Source: Gemmatimonadales bacterium
GTDB lineage: Bacteria; Gemmatimonadota; Gemmatimonadetes; Longimicrobiales; Gaopeijiaceae
Direction of reading: 5' to 3'
NCBI GenBank assembly: GCA_020344755.1
Contig: CP070829.1
Span: 472,973-536,972 of the forward strand
Length of the DNA stretch: 64,000 nt
Below the pieces are notes generated by a model. That model had not been told where the DNA came from. It saw only the letters and a list, made by a program, of their open reading frames with translations, and made no database searches. The translations under genes and the position numbers were made by a program. Positions 1 to 9,848 of the stretch are shown here, piece after piece (positions within the stretch are counted from its first letter, which is position 1; every line of letters begins with the position of its first letter).

Positions 1-40
1 GTTCAGTTCGAGCTGGGCCGGTCGATCGCATTCCGTGCGA

Positions 41-63
41 CTTTGTGCGTAGAACGCACAAAG
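41..63. promoter_or_regulatory. Operator-like palindrome 1 (CTTTGTGCGT-aga-ACGCACAAAG)
   Basis: Perfect 10-bp inverted repeat, 23 bp in total, AT-rich relative to the window, upstream of the TTGACA box; same consensus as the site at 106-128. Confidence 0.7.
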
Positions 64-80
64 CCCTTCCCCGATCAGTG

Positions 81-86
81 TTGACA
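81..86 (+). promoter_or_regulatory. Sigma70-type -35 hexamer TTGACA
   Basis: Exact TTGACA 112 nt upstream of the ATG at 198. The -10 region at 17 bp spacing is weak (TTCTTT) and overlaps palindrome 2. Confidence 0.55.
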
Positions 87-105
87 ATCTCGGCGCTCCT
101 GGCTT

Positions 106-128
106 CTTTGTTCGAATACCGAACAAAG
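106..128. promoter_or_regulatory. Operator-like palindrome 2 (CTTTGTTCG-aatac-CGAACAAAG)
   Basis: Perfect 9-bp inverted repeat with a 5-nt spacer, 23 bp in total, overlapping the putative -10/+1 region. Confidence 0.72.
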
Positions 129-197
129 TCCCGCGGTCCCGGTAGTGACTCCAGCGGGGGTTCGGTATGGCGCACCCCTTCCCAATGGAGTTGAGAC

Positions 198-3140
198 ATG
201 ACCGCGCGACGTCTGACGGCACTGGCAATCCTGGCCCTTCTCTTCACCGCCGCCTGCGACGATGACGAGAACCCCATGGGACCCGAACCGCCCGATGTGC
301 CGGTTGCGGACGGCGTCTTCCTGGACGACTTCGCCGATAATGTGACGTTCCAGGCCTTCGCCGACTCCAAGGCCGATGGTGTGGAGGTGGATGCCACCGA
401 GGCCTTCCGGGGGAGCGCATCCCTCAAGATCACCGTGCCGGGGTCCGGAGACGCAGCCGGATACGTCGGCGGCGCGCTGACCTCCAGCGCGGCGTGGGAT
501 CTCTCCGGGTACACCGCTCTCAGCTTCTGGGCCCGGGCCAGCAAGAACGCCACCCTCGACGTAGCGGGATTCGGGAACGACAACACGGGAAGCTCCCAGT
601 ACCAGGTGGAGGTCACCGACCTCGGCCTCTCCGGCGTCTGGCAGAAGTTCATCATCCCCATTCCGGATCCTTCGTCTCTCAGCTCCGAGGCGGGGCTCTT
701 CTACTTCGCCGAGGGACGGGAGGGCGACGAGAGCTACACCATCTGGCTCGACGACATCCGGTTCGAATCGGTGGAGGCCTCCGTGGTGCGCGCTTCCATG
801 GGCAGCCGCACCCTGACGCTGGAGGTGGGAAGCTCCGTGCAGGTGGAAGACCTGACCGCCACGGTGAACGCCGGGGGCGTGGAGCGGACCGTCAGCGCCA
901 TGCCGGCGTACTTCACCTTCGCTTCGTCCGACGATGCCGTGGCAGCCGTGCTCCCGGACGGAACGATCAACGTGGTGGGTTCGGGAAGCGCCGTGATCAC
1001 GGCCTCGCTGGGAGACATCGACGCTACCGGCTCGATCTCCATCTCCACCGGTAGGCCGCTCTCAGAGCCGGCTCCCACGCCCACCCAGGACCCCGCCGAC
1101 GTCATCTCCCTCTTCAGCAACGCCTACGACGACGTGACCGTGGACACCTGGTCCGCGGAGTGGCCCGATGACGCGGACGTGGAGGACGCGCAGATCCAGG
1201 GCGACGACATGAAGCTCTACACCAACCTCAACTTCGCCGGGATCGAGTTCACCTCCCAGACCATCGACGCCACGTCGATGACCCATTTCCACATGGACAT
1301 CTGGACGCCGGATGCCACGGACGGGGGCGAGGTGTTCAAGATCAAGCTGGTTGACTTCGGCGCCAACGGTGTCTGGGAGCCCACCAACAGCGACAACGTC
1401 GAGCACGAGATCTCCGTGACTGCCCCCACCCTGAAGTCCAACGAGTGGGTCAGCATCGACGTGCCTCTCACTGAGTTCGTCGGCCTCACGACCCGGGCCC
1501 ACATGGCCCAGCTCATCATCTCCGGAGATCCCAACACGGTCTACGTGGACAACGTCTACTTCTACCAGGGCGGACCGGTGGACGCGCCGAGCACTTCGGC
1601 GCCCGTGCCCGCCTACGACGCCGTCGACGTCATCTCCCTCTTCAGCGACTCGTACACCGACGTGACGGTGGACACCTGGTCCGCGGTGTGGGACAACGCG
1701 GACGTGTCGGACGAGACCGCCGGTGGTAACCCGGTGAAGAAGTACTCCGGGCTGGTCTTCGCGGGCATCGAGTTCACCTCCGCGCCCGTGGACGCCTCGG
1801 CCATGACCAACTTCCGCATGGACATCTGGACCCCCGACGCCACCGACGCCGGCCAGGAGTTCAAGATCAAGCTGGTGGACTTCGGCGCCGACGGCGCGTT
1901 CGACGGCGGCGACGACGTGGAACACGAAGTCACCCTCACGGCAACCTCCACGCCGGCCATCGGCACCGGGAGCTGGTTCACCCTGGACATCCCCCTGACC
2001 GAGTTCGCCGGGCTCACCACCCGGGGGAGCGTGGCCCAGCTCATCATCTCCGGAGGCCTTCCCACGGTCTTCGTGGACAACGTCCTCTTCTACAAGAACG
2101 TGTCCGCCCCGAGAACCCCGGCCCCGACACCGACGTATGACGCCGCCAACGTGGTCTCGCTCTTCAGCGATGCCTACACCGACGTGGCCGTTGACACCTG
2201 GTCGGCCGTCTGGGACAACGCGGACGTGGCCGACACGGACGCCGGCGGGGATGCGGTGAAGGCCTACACGAACCTGGTCTTCGCCGGGATCGAATTCACC
2301 ACCGCGCCCGTGGACGCCACGGGGATGACCCACTTCCGCATGGACATCTGGAGCCCCGACGCCACCGACGGCGGTGAGGGCTTCAAGATCAAGCTGGTGG
2401 ACTTCGGGGCCGACGGCGTCTTCGGAGGGGACGACGTGGAGCACGAGCTGACGCTCACCGCAGCTTCCACGCCCGCCATCGGCACCGGGAACTGGTACGT
2501 CCTGGAGATTCCGCTGACGGACTTCACCGGGCTCACGACGCAGGGGAGCGTGGCCCAGCTCATCATCTCCGGTGACCTGCCCACCGTCTACGTGGACAAC
2601 GTCCTCTTCTTCGAAGACGTGAACTCGCCGGCGGAGGCAGCACCCACGCCCACCGACGCCGCGGCGGACGTCATCTCCTTCTTCAGCGACGCCTACACCG
2701 ACGTGACGGTGGACACCTGGTCGGCGAGTTGGGATGTGGCGGACGTGGAGGATGCCACGGCAGGCGGGGATCCGGTGAAGAAGTACACGAACCTGAGCTA
2801 CGCCGGCATCGAGTTCACCTCCTCGCAGGTGGACGCCACCGAGATGACCCACTTCCGCTTCGACTTCTGGACGCCCGACCCCACCGACGGCGGCCAGGTC
2901 TTCAAGGTCAAGCTGGTGGACTTCGGAGCGGACGGTGCGTTCGGTGGCGGCGACGACGTGGAGCACGAGATCACCCTCGACGCCTCCTCGTCGCCGGCCC
3001 TGGGTACGGGCTCCTGGGTGAGCTTCGACGTGCCGCTGGCGGACTTCACCGGTCTCACCACCCGGGCAAACCTGGCCCAGCTCATCATCTCGGGCGATCC
3101 GAACACGGTCTTCCTGGACAACATCTACCTTAGGAAGTAG
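198..3140 (+). CDS. Lipoprotein with an N-terminal carbohydrate-binding-like domain, an Ig-like domain and four tandem ~175-aa putative glycan-binding repeats
   Basis: Lipobox LFTAA-C, GGAG RBS. Repeats read DVISLFSxAYxDVxVDTWSxxW...FAGIEFT...MDIWTPD...KIKLVDFG...AQLIISG...DN. No GH16 ExDxxE motif seen. Confidence 0.85.
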   Translation: MTARRLTALAILALLFTAACDDDENPMGPEPPDVPVADGVFLDDFADNVTFQAFADSKADGVEVDATEAFRGSASLKITVPGSGDAAGYVGGALTSSAAWDLSGYTALSFWARASKNATLDVAGFGNDNTGSSQYQVEVTDLGLSGVWQKFIIPIPDPSSLSSEAGLFYFAEGREGDESYTIWLDDIRFESVEASVVRASMGSRTLTLEVGSSVQVEDLTATVNAGGVERTVSAMPAYFTFASSDDAVAAVLPDGTINVVGSGSAVITASLGDIDATGSISISTGRPLSEPAPTPTQDPADVISLFSNAYDDVTVDTWSAEWPDDADVEDAQIQGDDMKLYTNLNFAGIEFTSQTIDATSMTHFHMDIWTPDATDGGEVFKIKLVDFGANGVWEPTNSDNVEHEISVTAPTLKSNEWVSIDVPLTEFVGLTTRAHMAQLIISGDPNTVYVDNVYFYQGGPVDAPSTSAPVPAYDAVDVISLFSDSYTDVTVDTWSAVWDNADVSDETAGGNPVKKYSGLVFAGIEFTSAPVDASAMTNFRMDIWTPDATDAGQEFKIKLVDFGADGAFDGGDDVEHEVTLTATSTPAIGTGSWFTLDIPLTEFAGLTTRGSVAQLIISGGLPTVFVDNVLFYKNVSAPRTPAPTPTYDAANVVSLFSDAYTDVAVDTWSAVWDNADVADTDAGGDAVKAYTNLVFAGIEFTTAPVDATGMTHFRMDIWSPDATDGGEGFKIKLVDFGADGVFGGDDVEHELTLTAASTPAIGTGNWYVLEIPLTDFTGLTTQGSVAQLIISGDLPTVYVDNVLFFEDVNSPAEAAPTPTDAAADVISFFSDAYTDVTVDTWSASWDVADVEDATAGGDPVKKYTNLSYAGIEFTSSQVDATEMTHFRFDFWTPDPTDGGQVFKVKLVDFGADGAFGGGDDVEHEITLDASSSPALGTGSWVSFDVPLADFTGLTTRANLAQLIISGDPNTVFLDNIYLRK
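1063..3137 (+). repeat. Four intragenic tandem repeats of ~520 nt
   Basis: GCCCAGCTCATCATCTC occurs at 1506, 2034, 2553 and 3075 (periods 528, 519, 522). Confidence 0.9.
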
Positions 3141-3173
3141 CCCACGGGCCCCAGAGGGTCCGAAGCAGGTACG

Positions 3174-3211
3174 ATCGCCCCCGCACCACCCGGTGCGGGG
3201 GCGATTCGTTT
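3174..3211 (+). terminator. Intrinsic terminator
   Basis: Perfect 14-bp stem ATCGCCCCCGCACC / GGTGCGGGGGCGAT, 4-nt loop, followed by TCGTTT; starts 34 nt after the stop codon. Confidence 0.75.
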
Positions 3212-3344
3212 GGGTAGCCACCCGCGCGTGCCGGAGGTAGGATGCGCTGGCACGAAGGGCTTCAGGGAACGCGTCCTCCCGCCGGCCCTCCAGCGGGCCC
3301 GTGTCCCGCTCTGCCAGCGGACGTCACCTCCCCAGGAGATCCCG

Positions 3345-5537
3345 ATGCCTCGCACCCGCGCAGCCCTGCTCTCCCTGCTCCCCCTCGTGGCCGGTCTCCA
3401 TGTGGCAGCGCCCCTGGCGTCCCAGGTGGAGACCGTGGAGGGTCGGTCGCTCGAGCTCGAGGATTACTATGGCTTGAAGCGAGTCGGCGCCCCCGCCATC
3501 TCCCCGGGCGGGGAGTGGGTGGTCTACACGGTCTCCACGCCGGTGGAGGAGACCAACGACGATCGCAGCGAGACGTGGCTCGTCCCCGCCAACGGCTCGG
3601 GAGAACCGGTTCGGGTCACCCACGAGGGAAGCGACGTGACGTCCCCGTCGTGGTCCGACGACGGTCGCCTGCGCTACGAGCGCGAAGACGGATCCCGGTG
3701 GCTGGTGGTGCCCGGTGGGACCTCCGCTCCAGCGCCGGACGAGGAAGGCGACTCAGACGGTGAACTCAGCCCCGACGGGGCCTGGGTCGCCGTGGTCCGG
3801 GACCTCCCCGTGGCTCCGGCTCCCGAGCCCGAGTGGTCGGACTTCGAGCGCCGCCACCAGGACCGTTTCGAAGGAGTGCAGTTCGACTGGTACCCCTTCG
3901 TTCGCGATGGGCGGCCCTTTCCCCTCCCCGATCCCGCCGCGCAGCCCATGCGGGAGATCTACCTCGAGCCTGCCGACGGCGAAGGCGATCCGCGGCAGCT
4001 CACCCGCCTCGGCCTGCGACCCGGGAGCCTCTCGTGGCGAGCCGACGGGCAGGTCCTCCTCTTCACCGCGGACGAGGCGGTGCGGGACCCCTTGGCGTAC
4101 GGCCGGCCCGACCTCTTCCTGGTCACCGTGGGCGGGGAGCTCACCCGGCTCACCGACGACGGATTCTCGTACTCCGGCGTGGACTTCTCCCCCGACGGGC
4201 GCTGGATCTCCTACGTCCGCTCATGGGGCACCGACTTCATCATCGACCGGAAGCTGGATCACGGGGGCCCCCGGGACCTCTACGTCCGCCCCGCCGACGG
4301 CGGCGAACCCGTGAACCTGACCGCGGACTTCGACCTGGACGCCGGTTCCCCTCGCTGGTCCCCCGACAGCCGCTACCTCTACTTCACCACCGGCATCGGC
4401 GGCGCCGTCCACCTCTTCCGGGTGTCGGCCTCCGGAGGGCCCGTGGAACAGGTCACCCGTGGGGAACGCCGGATCCTGGGGCTCGATACCGACGGTGCGC
4501 TCCGCCGCATGACCTACCTGGTGGGTGAGTTCGACCGTCCCCCGGAGGTCTGGACGGCGGACATCGACGGCGGCAATGAGCGGCGTCTCACGAACGTCCA
4601 CGCGGACTTTCTGGCCGAGGTCTCGCCGAGCCGGTGGGAACGGGTGCGCTACGAGAGCTACGACGGCACCCCCATCGAGGGGTTCCTCCTCCATCCCCAC
4701 GGATTCGATCCTGCGGCGGGCGGCGGCCGCACCTCGACGCGGGCTCCCGCCCTCGGGGATCCGTCACACGGGTACCCCCTCATCATCGTCAACCACGGCG
4801 GGCCCCACTCGGCCTCAGGATACGGGTTCAACTTCAAGAACCAGCTCTTCGCGGCCCACGGCTACTTCGTCTTCCTTCCCAACTTCAGGAGCTCCACGGG
4901 CTACGGGGACGACTTCAAGTGGGGGACCTGGGGCGCCTGGGGCACGAACGACGGCGAGGACGTGTTGGCCGGTGTTGACCACCTGGTGGAGCGGTATCCC
5001 ATCGACGTGGAGCGCGTGGGGACCACTGGTCACTCCTACGGCGGGATCCTCACCAACTGGCTCATCACCCGGTACCCGGACCGCTTCAAGGCCGCCGTGA
5101 GCGGGGCCGGCGCATCCAATTGGACGAGCAACTACGCCCACTCGGACGTGGCCCGCACCAAGGAGCTGGAGTTCTTCGGGCGGCCGTGGGAGCCGGAGGC
5201 CCGGGCGATCATGATCCGGCAGTCTCCCTACCTGAACTCGGGCGGGGTGAAGGCCGCCACCCTCTTCGTGCACGGCGAAGTGGACTACCGCGTGCCCCTC
5301 GAAGGAGCGATCCAGCTCTACACCTCGCTGAAGAAGCAGGGGGTGCCGGCGGAGCTGATCATCTACGAGGGGATGGCTCACGGCATCCGGGGCCACTGGA
5401 ACGTCGTGCACCGCATGATGCATGAGCTGAGGTGGTGGGAGACCTACCTGAAGCCCGTGGAGGGCGGGCTCGCCAGTGACGGGGCTGACGTGCCCCCGCG
5501 TGAGGGGGCGGAGCCGGACGCGGGTGACGTAGGCTGA
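3345..5537 (+). CDS. S9 family (prolyl oligopeptidase / acylaminoacyl-peptidase-like) serine peptidase with TolB-like propeller
   Basis: AGGAG RBS before ATG 3345, signal peptide, SPDG repeats, HGGP, nucleophile GHSYGG, DYRVP, HGI. Confidence 0.92.
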   Translation: MPRTRAALLSLLPLVAGLHVAAPLASQVETVEGRSLELEDYYGLKRVGAPAISPGGEWVVYTVSTPVEETNDDRSETWLVPANGSGEPVRVTHEGSDVTSPSWSDDGRLRYEREDGSRWLVVPGGTSAPAPDEEGDSDGELSPDGAWVAVVRDLPVAPAPEPEWSDFERRHQDRFEGVQFDWYPFVRDGRPFPLPDPAAQPMREIYLEPADGEGDPRQLTRLGLRPGSLSWRADGQVLLFTADEAVRDPLAYGRPDLFLVTVGGELTRLTDDGFSYSGVDFSPDGRWISYVRSWGTDFIIDRKLDHGGPRDLYVRPADGGEPVNLTADFDLDAGSPRWSPDSRYLYFTTGIGGAVHLFRVSASGGPVEQVTRGERRILGLDTDGALRRMTYLVGEFDRPPEVWTADIDGGNERRLTNVHADFLAEVSPSRWERVRYESYDGTPIEGFLLHPHGFDPAAGGGRTSTRAPALGDPSHGYPLIIVNHGGPHSASGYGFNFKNQLFAAHGYFVFLPNFRSSTGYGDDFKWGTWGAWGTNDGEDVLAGVDHLVERYPIDVERVGTTGHSYGGILTNWLITRYPDRFKAAVSGAGASNWTSNYAHSDVARTKELEFFGRPWEPEARAIMIRQSPYLNSGGVKAATLFVHGEVDYRVPLEGAIQLYTSLKKQGVPAELIIYEGMAHGIRGHWNVVHRMMHELRWWETYLKPVEGGLASDGADVPPREGAEPDAGDVG

Positions 5538-5823
5538 GGTTGGCGCCAGTGACGGGGCCGTGGTGACCGCGACTGGCGGGGGCCCAGATGGCCCCGAGTG
5601 CCGCGGCTGGGGTAGGGGCGAGGCCGCCCTGGGCCAAGCTCTTCGCTGGGAAGCCTCACTCACCCATGCGTCGGAGCCAGTGCATCCCCCATCCGGGTAG
5701 CCTCCTCTTCCTCTCTTGCTTAGCGTTGGTCCTTCCCGCTTGCGTCGCCCTGGTCGTTCGCGGGGTCGCGCCGCGCCAGATCCGAGATTCATCCCTCGAA
5801 CCGCCCCTCACCTCGAAACCTCC

Positions 5824-6375
5824 ATGCTCTCTCCCCTCCAGAAGCAGAAGCTCACCCGGTACTTCCGCGTCTACGACATCGACGACGACGGCACTCTCGG
5901 CAGGCCCGATTTCGACCGAGTCCTCGAGAACCTCCGGGTCCTGCACGGGTTGAGTGACGGTGCACCCCGGTGGACCGCGCTCCGGCAGGCCTACCTGGAC
6001 CGGTGGGAGGCGGTCCGCAGGTCCGCGGACGTAGACGAGGACGGTGGGGTCGACCTGACGGAGTGGCTGGCCTACTGGGCCGATCTCCTCGCCGACGGCG
6101 CACGCTACCAGGCTGAAGTCTCCAGCCTGGTGGACCGGCTCTACGCATTGTTCGACACCGACGAGGACGGTGTCATCGGAGCGGACGAGTTCTGCGACTT
6201 CTACGGGGCCTTCGGACTCCGGGCGGAGCTGGCCCGCGAGGTGTTCCACGGGCTGGACCGCGACGGCAACGGGTCGATCAGCCGCTCCGAGTTGACGGAG
6301 ATGGCTCACCAGTTCTATCGCAGCGACGATCCCGGCGCCCCCGGGAACCAACTCTACGGCTCCCTGGAGGGTTGA
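5824..6375 (+). CDS. Four-EF-hand calcium-binding protein (calerythrin/SCP-like)
   Basis: Loops DIDDDGTLGRPDF, DVDEDGGVDLTEW, DTDEDGVIGADEF, DRDGNGSISRSEL; C-terminal NxLYG. Confidence 0.88.
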   Translation: MLSPLQKQKLTRYFRVYDIDDDGTLGRPDFDRVLENLRVLHGLSDGAPRWTALRQAYLDRWEAVRRSADVDEDGGVDLTEWLAYWADLLADGARYQAEVSSLVDRLYALFDTDEDGVIGADEFCDFYGAFGLRAELAREVFHGLDRDGNGSISRSELTEMAHQFYRSDDPGAPGNQLYGSLEG

Positions 6376-6534
6376 GAGCGCTCCGGGCATCGATGCAGGC
6401 CATCACGGAGTGATGAAGGCCCCCGGCCTGGACCCGATCCACCCACTTGCCCCCGCCACGGCCCGGCCGACACCTTCTCCGCTTCAGGCCCGCTCCCCGG
6501 GAGTCCCCCGCCCAACAGACCCGTCCACGCCACC

Positions 6535-9500
6535 ATGACGCCCATGCTCCGCCACACCCGCGTTCTCCTCCCCAGCCTCGCCCTCGCCGCTCTTCCCGCC
6601 CCCGTCGTCGGGATCCAGGACACCCAGGAGTGGGACGTGTCCGCTCCACGGGGCGAGGCCCGCACTGTGTCGTTCACGACGACCGAGGGGACCTGGATGA
6701 GCGTGGACCTGAGCCCGGACGGCCGGACCCTCGTATTCGATCTCCTGGGAGACCTGTACGCCCTCCCCGTGGAGGGCGGCCAGGCCACGCGCATCACCTC
6801 CGGGCCCGCCTGGGACGTGCAGCCCCGCTTCTCGCCCGACGGCCGGCGGATCGCCTTCACCAGTGACCGGGCCGGAGGAGACAACCTCTGGGTGATGAAC
6901 GCAGACGGCTCGGACCCGACCCAGGTGTCGAAGGAGAGCTTCCGGCTGTTGAACGGGCCGGCCTGGACCCCCGATGGTCAGTACCTCCTGGGCCGGAAGC
7001 ACTTCACCAGCACCCGATCCCTGGGGGCCGGGGAGGTGTGGATGTACCACGTGGGCGGCGGCTCCGGGATGCGGATCACCGAGCGGCGTAACGACCAGCA
7101 GGACCAGGGGAACGAGATCGCCGTCAGCCCCGACGGCCGGTACCTGTACTTCTCCGAGGATGCCACGTCCGGCCCCACCTTCCAGTACAACAAGGACCCC
7201 AACCCGGGCATCTACCGCATCCGTCGGCTCGACCGCGAGACCGGGGACATCACCACCATCTCCGGCGGGCCCGGCGGTGCGGCCCGCCCGGTACCTTCGC
7301 CCGACGGCGAAAAGCTGGCCCTCGTGCGCCGGGTGCGGGGGGAGTCGGTCCTCTACGTCCGCGACCTGGCCACGGGTGCGGAACGGCCCGTCTGGGACGG
7401 GCTGGACCACGACCAGCAGGAGGCGTGGGCCATCTTCGGCGTGTATCCCAACTTCGCCTGGACCCCCGATTCCCGTGACGTAATCCTCTGGGCCGGCGGC
7501 AAGCTGGTGCGGGTGAACACCGAGACCCGGGGGGTGGCCGAGGTCCCCTTCCAGGCCGAGGTGGAGCAGACCGTGGCGGAGGTGGTGCGTTTCCCTGCGG
7601 AGCTCCATCCGGAGCGCTTCGAAGCCCGGATGATCACCGGCGCCCGCACCACACCGGACGGCCGCACCGTGGTCTTCCATGCCGTGGGTCAGCTGTGGAA
7701 GAAGCAGCTCCCGGATGGGACTCCCCAGCGGCTCACCTCGGACGAGCACTTCGAGTACGAGCCGTCCCTGAGCCCCGACGGCCGGACCGTGGTGTACACG
7801 ACCTGGGACGACGAGCGCCTCTCCGAGATCCGGTCCGTGCCCCTCGCCGGCGGGCGGTCCACGGTCCTCACCCGACGGCCCGGGTACTACTCCGAGCCCC
7901 AGTTCAGCCCGGACGGGCGACACATCGTCTTCCGGCGAGGGAGCGGCAACGCCCTTCTCGGTACCCTCCACTCCAGCGACACCGGGCTGTGGGTCATGGC
8001 AGCCGACGGGGGTGAGCCTCGGCGGATCCGGGAGAGTGGATCGAATCCGTTCTTCGGGCCGGCAGGGGCCCGGATCTACTTCAGCACCGGTGGCGGAGCC
8101 GAGAAGCAGCTCCGCAGCGTCACCCTGGACAACGCCGACGAGCGCGTCCACCTCACCATGAACTACCCCACGGACGTGGCCCTGAGTCCCGACGGCCGGT
8201 GGGTGGCGTGGAACGAGCTCTTCCAGGTGTACGTGGCCCCCATGCCCCGGACGGGAGGGCCCCTTGCCCTGTCCAAGGACATGACCGGCGTTCCGGTGAC
8301 CCGGGTCAGCCGGGACGACGGCATCGCCCTGCACTGGAGCGATGCCGGAACCCTCCACTGGACCTACGGCCCCGAGTACTTCACCCGTACCATGGCGAAC
8401 TCGTTCGCCTTCGTGGACGGCGCTCCCGAGGAGATTCCATCCGCCGACACGGTGGGCCTTCTCCTGGGTCTGGAGGTGAATGCCGACGCCCACGATGACG
8501 TCTTCGCCCTGACCGGCGCCCGCGTGGTGACCATGGTCGGGGACGAGGTCATCGAGGACGGGACGGTGGTGGTCCGCGGCACCCGGATCGCCGCCGTGGG
8601 CCCCTCGGACCAGGTCCAGATTCCCTCCGACGCCACCGTCGTCGATGCCCGCGGCCGGACCGTGATCCCGGGGATCGTGGACGCCCACGCCCACGCGAAC
8701 CACTTCTTCTCGGGGCCCACGCCGGAGCAGAACTGGACGTACTACGCGAACCTGGCCTTCGGTGTCACCACCGCCCACGACCCCTCCGCGAACACCGCGT
8801 TCGTCTTCCGGAACCGGGAGCTCCAGCTCGCGGGCCGGATCGTGGGCCCGCGCATCCTCTCCACCGGCACGATCCTCTACGGCGCGGAAGGGGACTTCAA
8901 GGCGGTGGTCAACAGCCTCGACGACGCCCGGCGCCACGTGCGGCGGATGAAGCAGGTGGGGGCGGTGAGCGTGAAGAGCTACAACCAGCCGCGGCGGGAG
9001 CAGCGGCAGCAGATCCTCCAGGCGGCCCGGGAGCTCGGGATGATGGTGGTCCCGGAAGGGGGCTCCACCTTCTTCCACAACGTCACCATGGTGGTGGACG
9101 GGCACACCAGCGTGGAGCACAACGTCCCCGTGGCGCCGCTCTACCGGGACGTCATGGAGCTGTGGCGCCACTCCGGGACGGCGTACACCCCCACCCTCGT
9201 GGTGAACTACGGCGGTCCAAGCGGCGAACGGTGGTGGTACGAGACCACCCGCGTCTGGGAGAACGAGCACCTGCTGCGCTTCTTCCCCCGAGGGAACCTG
9301 GACGCCCTCAGCCGCCGCGTGGTGAGCACGCCGGAGGAGGAATACCACCACATCGCCGTGGCGGAGCAGGCCAAGAAGCTCGTGGACCAGGGCAACCTGG
9401 TGCAGATCGGCGCCCACGGGCAGCTCCAGGGTCTGGCGGCGCACTGGGAGATCTGGATGCTGGAGCAGGGCGGCATGACGCCCCACGAGGCGCTGCGGTC

Positions 9501-9759
9501 CGCGACGCTCCACGGGGCGCGCTTCCTCGGCCTCGATGGGGACATCGGCTCCATCGAAGCGGGCAAGCTCGCGGACCTGGTGGTCATCGACGGCAATCCC
9601 CTGGTGGACCTCCGCACCAGCGAGAAGGTCACCCACGTCATGGTGGGGGGACGGCTCTTCGACACCTCCACCATGAACGAGATCGGCGGTCGGGAGCGGG
9701 AGCGGCGCCCCTTCTGGTGGCAGAGGCCCGAGGTGGACGACTCGTTCATCTGGCGGTAG
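6535..9759 (+). CDS. Secreted amidohydrolase with N-terminal PD40/TolB-like beta-propellers
   Basis: Many SPDG repeats, then PGIVDAHAH, GVTTAHDP, IGAHGQLQG, GSIEAGKLADLVV. Confidence 0.92.
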   Translation: MTPMLRHTRVLLPSLALAALPAPVVGIQDTQEWDVSAPRGEARTVSFTTTEGTWMSVDLSPDGRTLVFDLLGDLYALPVEGGQATRITSGPAWDVQPRFSPDGRRIAFTSDRAGGDNLWVMNADGSDPTQVSKESFRLLNGPAWTPDGQYLLGRKHFTSTRSLGAGEVWMYHVGGGSGMRITERRNDQQDQGNEIAVSPDGRYLYFSEDATSGPTFQYNKDPNPGIYRIRRLDRETGDITTISGGPGGAARPVPSPDGEKLALVRRVRGESVLYVRDLATGAERPVWDGLDHDQQEAWAIFGVYPNFAWTPDSRDVILWAGGKLVRVNTETRGVAEVPFQAEVEQTVAEVVRFPAELHPERFEARMITGARTTPDGRTVVFHAVGQLWKKQLPDGTPQRLTSDEHFEYEPSLSPDGRTVVYTTWDDERLSEIRSVPLAGGRSTVLTRRPGYYSEPQFSPDGRHIVFRRGSGNALLGTLHSSDTGLWVMAADGGEPRRIRESGSNPFFGPAGARIYFSTGGGAEKQLRSVTLDNADERVHLTMNYPTDVALSPDGRWVAWNELFQVYVAPMPRTGGPLALSKDMTGVPVTRVSRDDGIALHWSDAGTLHWTYGPEYFTRTMANSFAFVDGAPEEIPSADTVGLLLGLEVNADAHDDVFALTGARVVTMVGDEVIEDGTVVVRGTRIAAVGPSDQVQIPSDATVVDARGRTVIPGIVDAHAHANHFFSGPTPEQNWTYYANLAFGVTTAHDPSANTAFVFRNRELQLAGRIVGPRILSTGTILYGAEGDFKAVVNSLDDARRHVRRMKQVGAVSVKSYNQPRREQRQQILQAARELGMMVVPEGGSTFFHNVTMVVDGHTSVEHNVPVAPLYRDVMELWRHSGTAYTPTLVVNYGGPSGERWWYETTRVWENEHLLRFFPRGNLDALSRRVVSTPEEEYHHIAVAEQAKKLVDQGNLVQIGAHGQLQGLAAHWEIWMLEQGGMTPHEALRSATLHGARFLGLDGDIGSIEAGKLADLVVIDGNPLVDLRTSEKVTHVMVGGRLFDTSTMNEIGGRERERRPFWWQRPEVDDSFIWR

Positions 9760-9848
9760 GACGCCGGGCACCACTCGGCCGAGGGGTCCGTTGCTCAGGG
9801 CGTTCCGCTCAGCGTCAAGCGTCTGCGCGCTGTCCCGGTCCCGCCCCT

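Noticed and set aside
1063-3137. CRISPR-like or mobile origin for the repeated DNA
   Set aside because: The repeats are in-frame protein domain duplications with synonymous differences.
5471-5558. 15-bp direct repeat CGCCAGTGACGGGGC at 5471 and 5544 around the peptidase stop codon
   Set aside because: Only two copies and no spacer array or adjacent integrase; most likely a local duplication, not CRISPR or an att site.
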